Shown piece after piece: positions 1 to 11,475 of a DNA stretch of 64,000 bases. The position numbers and the translations under genes are program-made. The notes under the pieces are model-generated. The model made no database searches and was not told the origin of the DNA. It was given only the letters and a program-made list of their open reading frames with translations. Within the stretch, counting starts at the first letter, position 1. Each line of letters begins with the position of its first letter. The stretch covers positions 1,107,678 to 1,171,677 of the forward strand of contig JBJCIZ010000239.1 in assembly GCA_051294375.1 (NCBI GenBank), given 5' to 3'. The DNA is from Paraspadella gotoi. Taxonomy: Eukaryota > Animalia > Chaetognatha.

Positions 1-125
1 AGAAAATGATTAAGAAAAAAATGAGCTACTGATATCGAGTAATCAAAATGATATAAATCGCTTGAGTAGAAATAAATAATTTAATCCTTTCCTTTTTCTC
101 ACACCTTCGTGTTTGATAAAACCCA

Positions 126-296
126 CTGTTATGTTACGAACTGTTATGAACTGTTACCAACTGTTAAGAACTGTTATGAACTGTTATGAACGGTTACGAA
201 TTGTCATGAGCTGTTACCAACTGTTAAGAACTGTTATGAACTGTTAAGAACTGTTAAGAACTGTTACGAACTGTTATGAACTGTTACCAACTGTTA
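126..296. repeat. 10-bp minisatellite (CTGTTAnnAA)n with a hint of 60-bp higher-order period
   Basis: About 17 tandem units ctgttatgaa/ctgttaccaa/ctgttaagaa; the variant run accaa-aagaa-atgaa recurs 60 bp apart (151 and 211). Confidence 0.9.
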
Positions 297-701
297 TCTT
301 AAAGTCAGACATCGTGGTGATACCCTTGTCAACCGCCCAACCAATGTTTTTTCTCGTCTCAATTGGTTTATCAGTCCGTCCGGGATTCAATTCTCGTGCA
401 TAAGGTTTTTAAGACCCCGGGGTCACGGAAAGGCAATAACGCTATTACCATATTACCATAATTTTATATATTACCATATCATTTAATGCTTCATCGCTAC
501 CCATATTTTTCAGAGTTCAATTTATGCCATTTTTTTTTTTTTTTTTTTTTTTGGCGAGAGAATCGAGCTTCATTGACCAGTCACCGAAAGGGGGCGAGGC
601 CCGGCCCGGCAGTCCACCCCCTCGTTGGTCGGCGAACGGACCCCGGGCATCTTTCTTTTTTTTCTCCGCCTACATCGTCGACAGCCTCGATTTCTTGGTT
701 C

Positions 702-789
<88 letters not shown>

Positions 790-834
790 TTCTCTCTCTT
801 CTCTCGCTGCATCTCTTTCGGACAGCCTCGTCGT

Positions 835-864
835 CCGCCGCCGCCGCCGCCGCCGTCACCGTCA

Positions 865-934
<70 letters not shown>
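835..934. repeat. (CCG)n trinucleotide tract in a GC-rich island flanked by (AG)n tracts
   Basis: Two CCG runs separated by gtcaccgtca; source of the polyP/polyA/polyR/polyG ORFs. Confidence 0.95.
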
Positions 935-1275
935 TCCCAACAGAAGACGTCAATTATTCCGTCTTCGGTTAATTTCGCGGTCGATGGATTTTGTCGGCGC
1001 CGAATCGGCGGAGGTCGGCAACTGCGGTGCCAAGCGCGCGAGGTGCCGGGTATTTTTTTGAAATTTTTCGACCCCGAGCTTCGCGGAATACGAGGCCAGG
1101 CTTTGATGGTGTTTCGGCGCTAGAGAAAACGGCGCTACGTTAATTACGGCGCCAAGCCTTCGGAGGGTCGCGGTGCTGGGATAGAGGCGCCGCCGCTGCC
1201 CGCGCCGCGCGTTTGCCGAAGAGAAGACCGTCATTTGTTTTTCGTTCCATCCGCCAGATTCGACCCGGAGTGACA

Positions 1276-1332
<57 letters not shown>

Positions 1333-1434
1333 AGAGAGAGAAGAGAGAGGAGAGAGAGAGAATAACCAACTTAGATAGTGGTCAGATGTGAGACAGGAAA
1401 AGAGAGAAGTGAGGGAGAGTGAAACTGGTTGAAA

Positions 1435-1471
<37 letters not shown>

Positions 1472-2256
1472 CCACCACATGTTAAGAGCGTAAAAAAAAC
1501 TGAAAAGTCAACTTATTTTATGATTTGTGTCTTGTCGCAACATACTTAAATGGGCCAATAGGTCTTTAACTTTATTTTGTTTTCAAATTGTTTTCTTTCC
1601 TTTTACTATTACTATTTCGTAATCTCTTATTAAACGGTTCCATCACCCATAGCTCCCGCCTACAAAGAGAGCCGAGGGACTGCCAACGACCGCTTAGAAA
1701 TCCGAAGCTGGGCGTATCAGGACACTTTACCGGCGAGAATGGGTGGAGCAGGCGTCTCAGAGGGAGCGGAAAAGAGGAGCGGGACCCTTGATGGACTCGG
1801 ATGGGTGGGGTTTGATCCTTTCAGGGCGCAGAGGGGCGGATTTGAAAACGATAAAATAAACAGCGATGAGATTTCGTTATTTAAATTGAAAGGCGAATGT
1901 TACTATCATCAAAAAAATAGTAGCGGACGAGCGAAAGGCGTGCTACCTTAAAAAAAAAATAGTTTTTATTTTTCGTACAAATATATTACATAAAATAATT
2001 ACAACAATTAGAATATCCATTTACTTCTAAAAGCGAATTATTTACATATTTTCCCATTGATTTTTAAAACTCTTGGGAAATGAAAAAAAAATTTTTATTA
2101 GCGGAAGATTTTAAAGATAGCCATTGAATAGAAGCGTAGATTTTGTAAGCCTAAAATTTACATACTTTATATAATTAATTGTATACAAAGTCACCTTTTA
2201 GGAAACTATGTAAATTTAATTATATCAGCGCCTTCTACTTCTATTATCACTCATGA

Positions 2257-3399
2257 TTATACAACAGAGATAAATTGGTACAAATAAAAACAAACAATTA
2301 GAAAAATAATAAAAATCACGTAGCATACTACAAAGACGCCACTGGCAAAGATAAACACCGAAGCGTACAATTTGCTCCTAACGTTTCCCGCCACGATTTT
2401 AACCGGCTGAGAAAAACCCCAAACGGACAAAAATAACAATAGGGTGAAGCCGAGTACGATGAGATTCACGATGGCGCAATACCCGGACACATTGACAGCG
2501 TGATAAGTTAACTCGGCGGTGACGTTCGGTGAACTTTCGTCAGCCCAGCGCGAGATCGCCTCTTGTTCCAATGGTAGTCTGGCCGGCGTATAAAAGGTAG
2601 AAGCTATATTGGTGGTTCTGTTCAATGATTTTTCTACCGCTTGCGTAGTGGATATCCATCGGCCGTTGGAGTAAAAACTATAACCGGTAAATATCGCCAT
2701 GGTTCCAAGCAAGTAGAAGATCGTTGTGGGTTTTTTCAATGTGAAGCAAGCGAGGATGCCGATCAGGTGAAATACCCAGTAAATCATAGAGAGCAATAAC
2801 GAGGGACGTCTCTTAAAAGCCGAATAGAATGCCCAAGGGACGAGGCTCGAGCTGCAAAGGCCAAACGTCCACAAGGTAAGTATCGATTTGAGCACAAAAC
2901 GTCCGATAATTCCAAGGCGATAGTTTAAAGTTTTTTCTTCGGGAACTTCGGCCAAGAGAATGAAGAAAATCACGTCTGCGGATCCAAGGGACAACGTGAG
3001 TAGTGAAACAAAGGCCGTGAACGCGTGAATGGAAGAAATTGAGTTTCTGTATCCAAGAGAGTAAAGATGAGTCACGGCGAGCGGGAACGCCTCCAAGAAA
3101 ACGTAGATCCATCGACGTAACAGGAAACGGTCGTGAAATCTTTGAGCCTCTTGTAGGGGCGTCCTTTTTTGAAACTCTTCGACCTGGTCCTGCGTCAACA
3201 CGCTCATCGCCCCAGTGACTCGAAAAAAAATCACTTCTCTCACGGTCGTCACCGTTCGTACGGTCATTCCGGCAAAACCCACGCTTGGCTCTTCGATGTT
3301 CGCAGGAGCGGGAGCATCTAGTTGTGCCTCTGACATTTGAACGGTAACCACGATTTGCCCTCGCCTTACCGACGTCTCAAGTTTAGTAACATCAAGTTC
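2257..3399 (-). CDS. Last exon of a divergent XK-related (XKR/CED-8-like) multi-pass membrane protein
   Basis: The 364-aa ORF extends in frame to acceptor ttttaattaaag|GAA at 3399. It has several hydrophobic helices, the motif RRWIYVFLEAFPLAVTHLYSL (cf. XKR LRLFEAFLESAPQLxLQLY) and AFVSLLTLSLG (cf. SLLSLAW). Stop at 2257. Confidence 0.6.
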   Translation of the reverse strand, partial: ELDVTKLETSVRRGQIVVTVQMSEAQLDAPAPANIEEPSVGFAGMTVRTVTTVREVIFFRVTGAMSVLTQDQVEEFQKRTPLQEAQRFHDRFLLRRWIYVFLEAFPLAVTHLYSLGYRNSISSIHAFTAFVSLLTLSLGSADVIFFILLAEVPEEKTLNYRLGIIGRFVLKSILTLWTFGLCSSSLVPWAFYSAFKRRPSLLLSMIYWVFHLIGILACFTLKKPTTIFYLLGTMAIFTGYSFYSNGRWISTTQAVEKSLNRTTNIASTFYTPARLPLEQEAISRWADESSPNVTAELTYHAVNVSGYCAIVNLIVLGFTLLLFLSVWGFSQPVKIVAGNVRSKLYASVFIFASGVFVVCYVIFIIFLIVCFYLYQFISVV

Positions 3400-3465
3400 C
3401 TTTAATTAAAAATTAAAAACGATTAAAAACTATTAAACTATTAAAAACTATTCAAAATTATTAAC

Positions 3466-3743
3466 TCCCGTAGTCTCGTGTATCACTACAGAATCTTCTA
3501 CCTCTGGGGTCTCATCCAAAACTGTGTTTCCTTGCACCACTGTGGTCTCTTGCACCACTGTAGTCTCTTGCATCACTACAGCATCTTCCACCACCGTGAT
3601 ATCTCTTTGCCTACTTCCTTTAGGCTCAACTACATCAACCTCTCCATCATTCTCCCGAAAAAGAGCCTTCAAGGCCATGATGCTGAACCTAAAGGGATAC
3701 AAGTCTGCCACAGACAGCAAACACCATCTGTCCTTGTACCGTC
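3466..3743 (-). CDS. Internal exon of the XK-like gene (acidic loop with 6-aa VVQETT repeats)
   Basis: Acceptor ttttgcacag at 3744-45 and donor GGA|GTTAAT at 3465. The 66-nt intron (3400-3465) joins in frame (phase 0) to the last exon. 18-bp repeats at about 3470-3600. Confidence 0.6.
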
Positions 3744-4082
3744 CTGTGCAAAACAAAAAAAAGAGAATAGCCTAAAACATAGCGCAAAAAGAAATCTTGT
3801 TAGATTCCTTTATTATTACTAATATAAAAAATATTTTGTATTCTCTATGCCAGACGGCCGATCTTTTCTTTAAAAATGATTCTGATCGAATAACAAGTGA
3901 CGAGGTTTTCGGCCGAAAGAAAGCCACGAGAAAGCGACTAGAACGGTGAAAAGATAAGGTCAGGTAAGGTCAACTCAAAAGACGGACCCGACTCGAGGTC
4001 ACAAAATATCTTTCAATTAAAGATATGTAGGACTGTGGCGAATCCTAAATTCGCCTCCCTTATAGCTTGGTAAAACTCAGCT

Positions 4083-4317
4083 CGTCCTATTGGCTTGGAC
4101 AGCTAAGTACTCGTTCACCAACCGTGAGTTCCGGGTTCAATCCCCTAACGGTCACGCTGGTTAAAGTGTGATGGTGTCGGCATAAACACGCCAATGACAT
4201 GGGGTAGTCACTGCAGGTCCAAAGCCCTGAGCGCCAGCTTTCGGAAGATGCCTCACACCCCAGGCATCACACATGTCCCTCCGTTGCCTTAGGACAATAA
4301 TGTCCATGAAAAAAAAA
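4083..4317 (+). mobile_element. tRNA-derived SINE in an intron of the XK-like gene
   Basis: A-box-like TGGCTTGGACAGCTAAG (4091), B-box GGGTTCAATCC (4133-4143), about 170-bp body, small 3' hairpin GGACAATAATGTCC, A9 tail (4309-4317). Confidence 0.65.
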
Positions 4318-4799
4318 CATTGGTACAAATTTGATAAAAATGTAGCTATCCTTTTTTTAAGCAATTATTTTTTTATAAGTAACTACTCAAACATGGCGTT
4401 AGAGCAGAAGAAAACTGATACATTTATAACATCTTGCGTTTAAGGTGTCATAGCTCTTGATTGACTTGACCGAATTTCTTTTAATTTCATTCAAAAATCC
4501 ACCTTTCCCATTCATAATTTTTTTTAAAATATAAGAATATACTGTTAAAATATTAAGTCATAATAGCATCCTCGGGTTTTCTGTATACATTTTTAAAAAT
4601 GTTTTTTTTTTTTTACATCTAGTTTTTGGGTTTTACAGCTCATAAATGGTTTAATTGATTTTCTTTTAACCTACACTTATGGATCCCCATTTTAATAATC
4701 TACATTTAATATTCATAATTCGTGTTTTAAACGTGCAAGAAACGCGCGCGATATAAGATTTAAGAGTGTCCTCTCTTTTTTTTTTTTTTTTTTTTTTTT

Positions 4800-4999
4800 G
4801 CACAGAACTGTATTCGAAAAAAACTGATTAATCCGGAGACGAGCCAGGTAAGAGAACGAAAGCCAGACACGCCAACCCCATTCGACGTCGCCGTTGACGA
4901 AGTTGGAGGCGGTGGCGACGACGTCGCCGACGATCATCGCCGCGTGGAGGATCAGCCGAAGGCGACTTCGCCCCGAAGGCTAATTTGACGTAACATCAT
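4800..4999 (-). CDS. Probable first coding exon of the XK-like gene (TM1-TM2), with one apparent frameshift near 4953
   Basis: MMLRQISLRGEVAFG / LILHAAMIVGDVVATASNFVNGDVEWGWRVWLSFSYLARLRINQFFS resembles the XKR N-terminus (D..a..Y...G...W...L.F......Q.FS). One base must be restored, and the donor site was not identified. Confidence 0.45.
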
Positions 5000-5504
5000 A
5001 TCTTCGGACTTCTGATTTTTTGTTTTTTTTTTATAAATGATAAAAAATATTGTTAAAAATGATGAAAATAGAGGGAAGTAAGACTGTAAAACATTTTTTT
5101 TTTTCAAAAAATAATAAGGAAGTAAGAATTTTTTTTTTTTTTTTTGGCTGTTTTTCAAACAAAAAAAGATTGTTGGCTTTTTTACTTTGCAACGAAATAT
5201 TCAATTTATTTATTAAAAATCGTAGATTTCGTTTTTATGTAATTTTTAGGATTGAAGAGATTTTTTTTCTTTCGCCACGTGATAAATAAATAACTAAAGA
5301 ACTAAAGGATGGAGTTTCTCCCCCCCTTTAATATTCGTCAAAATCAAGTTTTGCATTTAAAAACTGGTTTTTTTTGGAATTCCCAACGTTGAACCGAGTT
5401 AAAAAAAATAGAATGAAGTTTTCAAGCATCTACCTTTATTTTTTTTGTTTTTCAATCACATAATATTAAAGGAAAAACGATTTGATTTTTAACAACGATT
5501 CTTT

Positions 5505-5585
5505 TTTATTTAAGCAATGAACACGTTTCGACTTTTCAGCAGCATCATCTCAATTCGATAGTTTGAAAAATTTTTGTGCATAAGA

Positions 5586-5617
<32 letters not shown>

Positions 5618-5741
5618 CAAAAGTTTTCCAACATAGTGGTGAGACAGGCTGAAGGCTCTCTCTCTCTAACACTCTTCTTATGCATAAAAAATTTTCAAAC
5701 TATCAAATTGAGATAATGCTGATGAAGACTTGAAAGACTTG
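5505..5741. repeat. Inverted repeat carrying complementary halves of a minimal hammerhead-ribozyme motif (Penelope-type pLTR relic)
   Basis: Arms at about 5537-5600 and 5657-5722. The + arm has AATG-CTGATGA-AGACTTGAAA (5715-5735); the - arm has GATG-CTG..GAAAAGTC-GAAAC-GT-GTT-CATT followed by AATAAA. Confidence 0.55.
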
Positions 5742-6032
5742 AAAATCTTGTATTTGTCCGCTGCTTCAGGAGCCGCAGCAAGGGGGCTTCATCTAAAAAA
5801 AGTGCCATGATTTGATGGGCACTTTTTTTTCAAAGAAGCCCCCTTGCAGCGCACTGAGAAAGCTTGTATAGAGAGACCTCCAGGTTAAACTCGCGCTCTT
5901 CTCCGGACCCACCAATCGCCTACACTGAGAAAGCTTGTATAGAGAGACCTCCAGGTTAAACTCACGCTCTTTTCCGGACCCACAAATCGCCTATGCTGCG
6001 GCTCCTGAAGCAGCGGATAATTACAAGATTTA
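5742..6032. mobile_element. MITE-like element with about 38-bp TIRs, an internal hairpin and a 71-bp tandem duplication
   Basis: AAATCTTGTATTTGTCCGCTGCTTCAGGAGCCGCAGCA (5743-5780) is inverted at 5994-6031. Hairpin at 5778-5847. Direct repeat at 5852-5922 / 5923-5993. Confidence 0.7.
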
Positions 6033-6562
6033 AAATCATTTTGATTTAAAAAAAAAAAACCCTTAAAAAAAAATCTCGTTTTGAGAAAAAAAAACTCGAT
6101 TCTCGAACAAACAAACAAAATTTCCACTTGGTCAGTTAATGACCGAAAAACTTATCACCCGCCCGTTGACGCTTGAAAGAGAGAACTTGCTTTTGAGAAT
6201 TTCGAAAGAAACAGGAGAAACAGAAAAGTTAAAATTGGGTACGGTTTAACCAGTTTGGCCCATGAAGTTTAGCCAGTTTGGCCCATGATGTTTGGTTTCA
6301 AGCCGTTTGCTAACTGTTTTTTTTTTTTTTTTAAACCTCCAGAGTGAAAGAAAACCTCATAAGCGGTTTTATTCAAGTTCGACGGAATTGTTACCTCAGT
6401 AGGAAAGCGAGAAAAAGCGAGAAAAAAATTTAATGGGTGAAAAAAAACTTTCCCCCCCCCAAAAAAAAATTAATAAATAGATAAAAATTTTAAACAGAAA
6501 ATTAACAGAAAAAAATTGTTTAGACAACCGTTTTGGAAAGGGAGACGTGAGAAAAAAAAAGA

Positions 6563-6643
6563 TAATAAATAAATAAATGAATAGATAAATCAAATAAAAA
6601 AATGAATAAATAAATATAATAAAAAAATGAAAAAATGAAAAAA

Positions 6644-6674
<31 letters not shown>

Positions 6675-6735
6675 ATACATAAATACATAAATACATAAAT
6701 ACATAAATACATAAATAAATAAATAAATAAATCTA
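6563..6735. repeat. (AAAT)n/(AAATACAT)n microsatellite
   Basis: Seen directly. Confidence 0.95.
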
Positions 6736-6859
6736 TCTTAAACAATAAAAACAAAAAACAAAACAAAAAAACAAACTTTTTTTTCCGTCTCCTCGTCGAC
6801 GACGCTAATTCGGTTTTCGAAGGCAGAAAATTCAGGCTAAAAACCTTTTGTTTGACGTT

Positions 6860-7110
6860 TTGACAAAGAGGGCGCTTGGGTGCAACGACAAAAAGGCAAT
6901 GGGCAGGCGGAGCGTTTTGGTGCGCTGACAAAAAGGCAACGGGCATTCGGGGGAGGGGGGCGTTTTGGAGACGTGAAATGAGGGCAATGGGCAGAGAGGG
7001 CGCTAGGGTGCGCTTAACAAAAGGGCAATGGGGAGAAAGGGCGCTTTAGTGCGATGAAAAAAGTCACAGCTTAGGGATGACCGGAGAGCAAAGGGCAACG
7101 GGACTTAGAC
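6860..7110. repeat. About 40-bp GC-rich minisatellite (aaaaggcaatgggca...gggcgct..ggtgcg..gac)
   Basis: 5-6 degenerate tandem units, each with GGCAAYGGG and GCGYTT..GGTGCG. Confidence 0.75.
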
Positions 7111-7974
7111 AGCCGAGAGAATGGCCTTATTGGAGGGAACCTGTCCTAGTAGCGTGTTGTCAGAATATCGAGGTGCAACTAAGTAAAAAGTCGGCCCAGT
7201 GTTTTAGAAATGACCACCTTTCGCAACATTAGAGTAATGAAGAATTGGATACAAATGTCCTTGTTGTTGTCGTTGTTGTTGTTTTCGTCGTCGTCGTCAT
7301 AATGCACTTGAGTTCGCCTGGAGCCTGAAGCCTGGAGCCTGGAGCCTGGAGCCTGGAGCCATTTACTGCAACAAAGATAAGCGCTTAGAATTCAAAAACA
7401 TAAACAAAAAACGTCACTAATATTCTTCTTTTTTTTTATTTTTGGGTTTTGAAGTAAAAAAAAAGAGTTTAACAAAATATGCTTTAAAATGACGACGACA
7501 ACAACGACAACGACAACGACGACAAAGTATTTATTTCACGATAAAAATCTACGCTTTTCATCGGTTGCCTTCCAGTTTTTCGTGGATATCACGTTTCAAG
7601 TTTGTTTTTTTTTTAACTTTTAAAAACTTTTAAAAAGCCGAAAGAAAAGGAATAAAAGGATAAAAGAAGCTTTATTTTATTTGAGCTTAAAAATTTTTGT
7701 TTTCCTTAAAAAAAAAAAAAAAAAATTCCGGAAACCCTTGAGATTCGCGAAAGGAGCGAATCGCTTGAGAAGGTGGAGACGGTTTGTTTTGTCGGGGGAA
7801 GCCAGTGGGGGGAAGAGAGGGGGAGAGAGGGGGTAGGGGTCGGAGGTGGGTGATGGAGGTAGGGGGACGGGGGTGGGTTGTTTTGAGACAAGCGAGAGGG
7901 TAAGGTTTTTGAAATGTGCGCGGGAGCCGAAGAATGAAAAGAAAGAGGGAGGAATTCTTTAAGAAAAATACAGA

Positions 7975-8460
<486 letters not shown>

Positions 8461-9524
8461 TATGGGGACCAAAGGAAAAACTCTTTTGATTGGTCGCGGT
8501 TTCGTGGTGCGTGTAAGTCGCACGCAACTAGCATCGCACGCGTCGCGTGTGAAATCGTCGAAAGTCGAATGAGTCGAGAAAGAGAGGAAAGGGAGGGGAG
8601 GAAGAGGAGAGAGGAAAAATAGAGAGGATAGGATATAGAGAAGAGAGAAAGAGAGGAACCGAGAGGAATATTGGAGAAGAAAAAATGAAAAGAAAACAAA
8701 AAGATATTGAATTGGAAGAAGGGTAAAAATTAATGAAAGAAAAGGGGGAGAGAAAAAGGGGAGAGAAAAGATAATTGATCAGGGTAAAAAAAGAAAAAGG
8801 GGAAGAAAGAGAAGTTAAAGGTAGAAGGAAAGAAAAGATATGAGGGTGGAAAGGAAAGGAGGAACGAAGAAGGATAGAAAATAAGGTGAGAACAAAGATA
8901 AGAAAGAAAGAAAGAAAGAAAGAAGGGAAGGGGGAAGAAAAAAAGAAAAGTTATGTGGAAAGAAAAAAGGGGAAGAAAGAAACAAAGGTAAGAGTCAAAA
9001 GGAATAGAAAAAGAGTTGAGGGAGAAAGAAAAGATAATTTTAAGGGTGTCGGGTTGTCGGGGTTTCGGGGTGTCGGGGTTGGTCCTCAAAATTTCACCCT
9101 TTTCACCTCGAAACATCAATCGTGAATTCCGGAGTTAAAAATATAGTTTTCCTGGATTCGAGTAAAAAGTGAGATGGAGGGGATTAGATGTTTATCGTTT
9201 GGAGGGAGAGAGAGAGAGAGTTGGGGTGGAGAAGCCAGTTGGGAGAGAAGAAGAGAGAGAAAGAAAANNNNNNNNNNNNNNNNNNNNNNNNNNNNNNNNN
9301 NNNNNNNNNNNNNNNNNNNNNNNNNNNNNNNNNNNNNNNNNNNNNNNNNNNNNNNNNNNNNNNNNNNNNNNNNNNNNNNNNNNNNNNNNNNNNNNNNNNN
9401 NNNNNNNNNNNNNNNNNNNNNNNNNNNNNNNNNNNNNNNNNNNNNNNNNNNNNNNNNNNNNNNNNNNNNNNNNNNNNNNNNNNNNNNNNNNNNNNNNNNN
9501 NNNNNNNNNNNNNNNNNNNNNNNG

Positions 9525-9555
<31 letters not shown>

Positions 9556-9641
9556 GACAAATTTTAAAGTTTTTCTGACAAGAGGCGTCGGCGAATCAAA
9601 AACTCACACACGAGAGAAAAAAAATTGAGATAAGAAAGAAA

Positions 9642-9672
9642 TTGACGTCGAAGTCACGTGACTTTTTGACGC
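9642..9672. promoter_or_regulatory. Perfect 14-bp palindromic E-box AAGTCACGTGACTT flanked by TGACG half-sites
   Basis: Palindrome at 9651-9664 (GTCACGTGAC is the USF/MiT-TFE-type site); TTGACG on both sides. No target gene identified. Confidence 0.35.
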
Positions 9673-10261
9673 GATAAGGGAGGAGCGTTGTTGTTTTCAT
9701 TTCGATTCATGTTGTTGTTGATGGTGTCAGTTTTGCGAATTTTATTTTCTGATAAAGAATTTGGTCACAGGCTCTTTGGAAAAGGTGATCAAAAACTATT
9801 CGTGAAAAGTAAGAGTGAATTTCTTCGCCCCGAAGTAAACCCCGAAGGCGATCTGACTGTGAACGTNNNNNNNNNNNNNNNNNNNNNNNNNNNNNNNNNN
9901 NNNNNNNNNNNNNNNNNNNNNNNNNNNNNNNNNNNNNNNNNNNNNNNNNNNNNNNNNNNNNNNNNNNNNNNNNNNNNNNNNNNNNNNNNNNNNNNNNNNN
10001 NNNNNNNNNNNNNNNNNNNNNNNNNNNNNNNNNNNNNNNNNNNNNNNNNNNNNNNNNNNNNNNNNNNNNNNNNNNNNNNNNNNNNNNNNNNNNNNNNNNN
10101 NNNNNNNNNNNNNNNNNNNNNNNNNNNNNNNNNNNNNNNNNNNNNNNNNNNNNNNNNNNNNNNNNNNNNNNNNNNNNNNNNNNNNNNNNNNNNNNNNNNN
10201 NNNNNNNNNNNNNNNNNNNNNNNNCACGCGCTGCATCGGAATTCCGTCTTTTATTCTTTAT

Positions 10262-10460
10262 AGTGTTATGATTTCCTGAAGGCGGCGCTAACAGTCACTG
10301 AGATTTGACGTTTTTTTTCCGGTCTTAACAAAAGAGAAACCGACTATAGGCGAGTTATGAGCATTTTTAACATAAGTGTGACAGAGCGACGGACGGACAT
10401 ACCGACCGACCGATCGACAGACCGACCGAAAAGTGACTTATAGAGTTGCTCCGCGAGTAC
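10262..10460 (+). mobile_element. Helentron/DINE-1-like non-autonomous element (HINE-like) 3' end
   Basis: (GACG/GACC)n tetranucleotide array followed by AAAGTGACTTATAGAGTTGCTCCGCGAG, a layout typical of these elements. Confidence 0.5.
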
Positions 10461-11291
10461 TCCCCCTCTCGCCATCCGCCCTTCGCCGAAACGGAACAAA
10501 AAAAATGAGTCAATGGGAAAAGTTATAAATGGGAAGAGGGAGACAGAGGTCTCATTAAAACGCGAAAGAAAAGAGATAGAGGTCCCATTAGGAAAAGCGG
10601 AAGTGGGCTGAGGAGAGAAAAAGGTCGGGGATTGGTGGTTTGGGTGGTCAGGTAGGCGGAAGGGGGATTAGGTGGGGAATGGTGGNNNNNNNNNNNNNNN
10701 NNNNNNNNNNNNNNNNNNNNNNNNNNNNNNNNNNNNNNNNNNNNNNNNNNNNNNNNNNNNNNNNNNNNNNNNNNNNNNNNNNNNNNNNNNNNNNNNNNNN
10801 NNNNNNNNNNNNNNNNNNNNNNNNNNNNNNNNNNNNNNNNNNNNNNNNNNNNNNNNNNNNNNNNNNNNNNNNNNNNNNNNNNNNNNNNNNNNNNNNNNNN
10901 NNNNNNNNNNNNNNNNNNNNNNNNNNNNNNNNNNNNNNNNNNNNTCTCTCTCTGTAGGAGACGTCAGGAGGCGGAAGAAAAAGGAAGATGATGAACGAGG
11001 AAAAAATGAAGAAAGGGACGACGAAAGAAAATGAACAAAGGATTTGACAAAGATGAAGAAAAGACGGGAAAGAAAATGAACAAGCGATAATGAAAAGAAA
11101 ATCAGCGAGAGATAATGAAAAGGAAGAGACGATGATGATAGGAGAAAGAATAAAAGATTAATAAATAATTTTTTTAAAAAATAAATAAATAAATAAGAAA
11201 CAAGGGGAAAGGTGGCGGAGAAAGAGGGTCATGGATTTTATGAGAGAAGGAACGAAGTCAAAGACCGAAAGGCGAGATTAAATGAGCTGCT

Positions 11292-11475
11292 ATGGCTACA
11301 AGCCGAGTTGCCTATGACGCCCATTGGGATGGGGCATCTCACTGTTGGCTTTTAGGGGCTTACGACCCTTAGTGACGCCTCCTGTCACCGGCGCGGTTAC
11401 TCTAGGACGGTCTCGCTTTGCCAACGCAGAGGGAAGTCGTGAGGACAGTGGATGGAACGCAACGCTTGGGATGGT
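11292..11475 (+). repeat. Dispersed repeat, copy 1 (homologous to 29286-29490)
   Basis: Colinear blocks ATGGC..AGCCG..GTTGCCT..GCCCATTGG, GGTTACYCTAGGAYGGTCT, CCAACGCAGAG, GGATGGAAC are shared with copy 2. Confidence 0.8.

Noticed and set aside
126-296. Regular short repeats as a CRISPR array
   Set aside because: 10-bp head-to-tail units with no unique spacers, in a eukaryotic context with no cas genes.
486-1123. Overlapping ORFs with polyP/polyA/polyR and SL/ER runs
   Set aside because: Translations of (CT)n and (CCG)n tracts that are open in most frames; no domain evidence.
4083-4160. Functional tRNA gene
   Set aside because: A/B boxes are present but I could not fold a convincing acceptor or anticodon stem, and it continues into a body and A-tail; called a SINE.
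9169-11034. ORFs spanning N runs (also 42983-43798 and 44425-45138)
   Set aside because: Open only because N gaps contain no stop codons.
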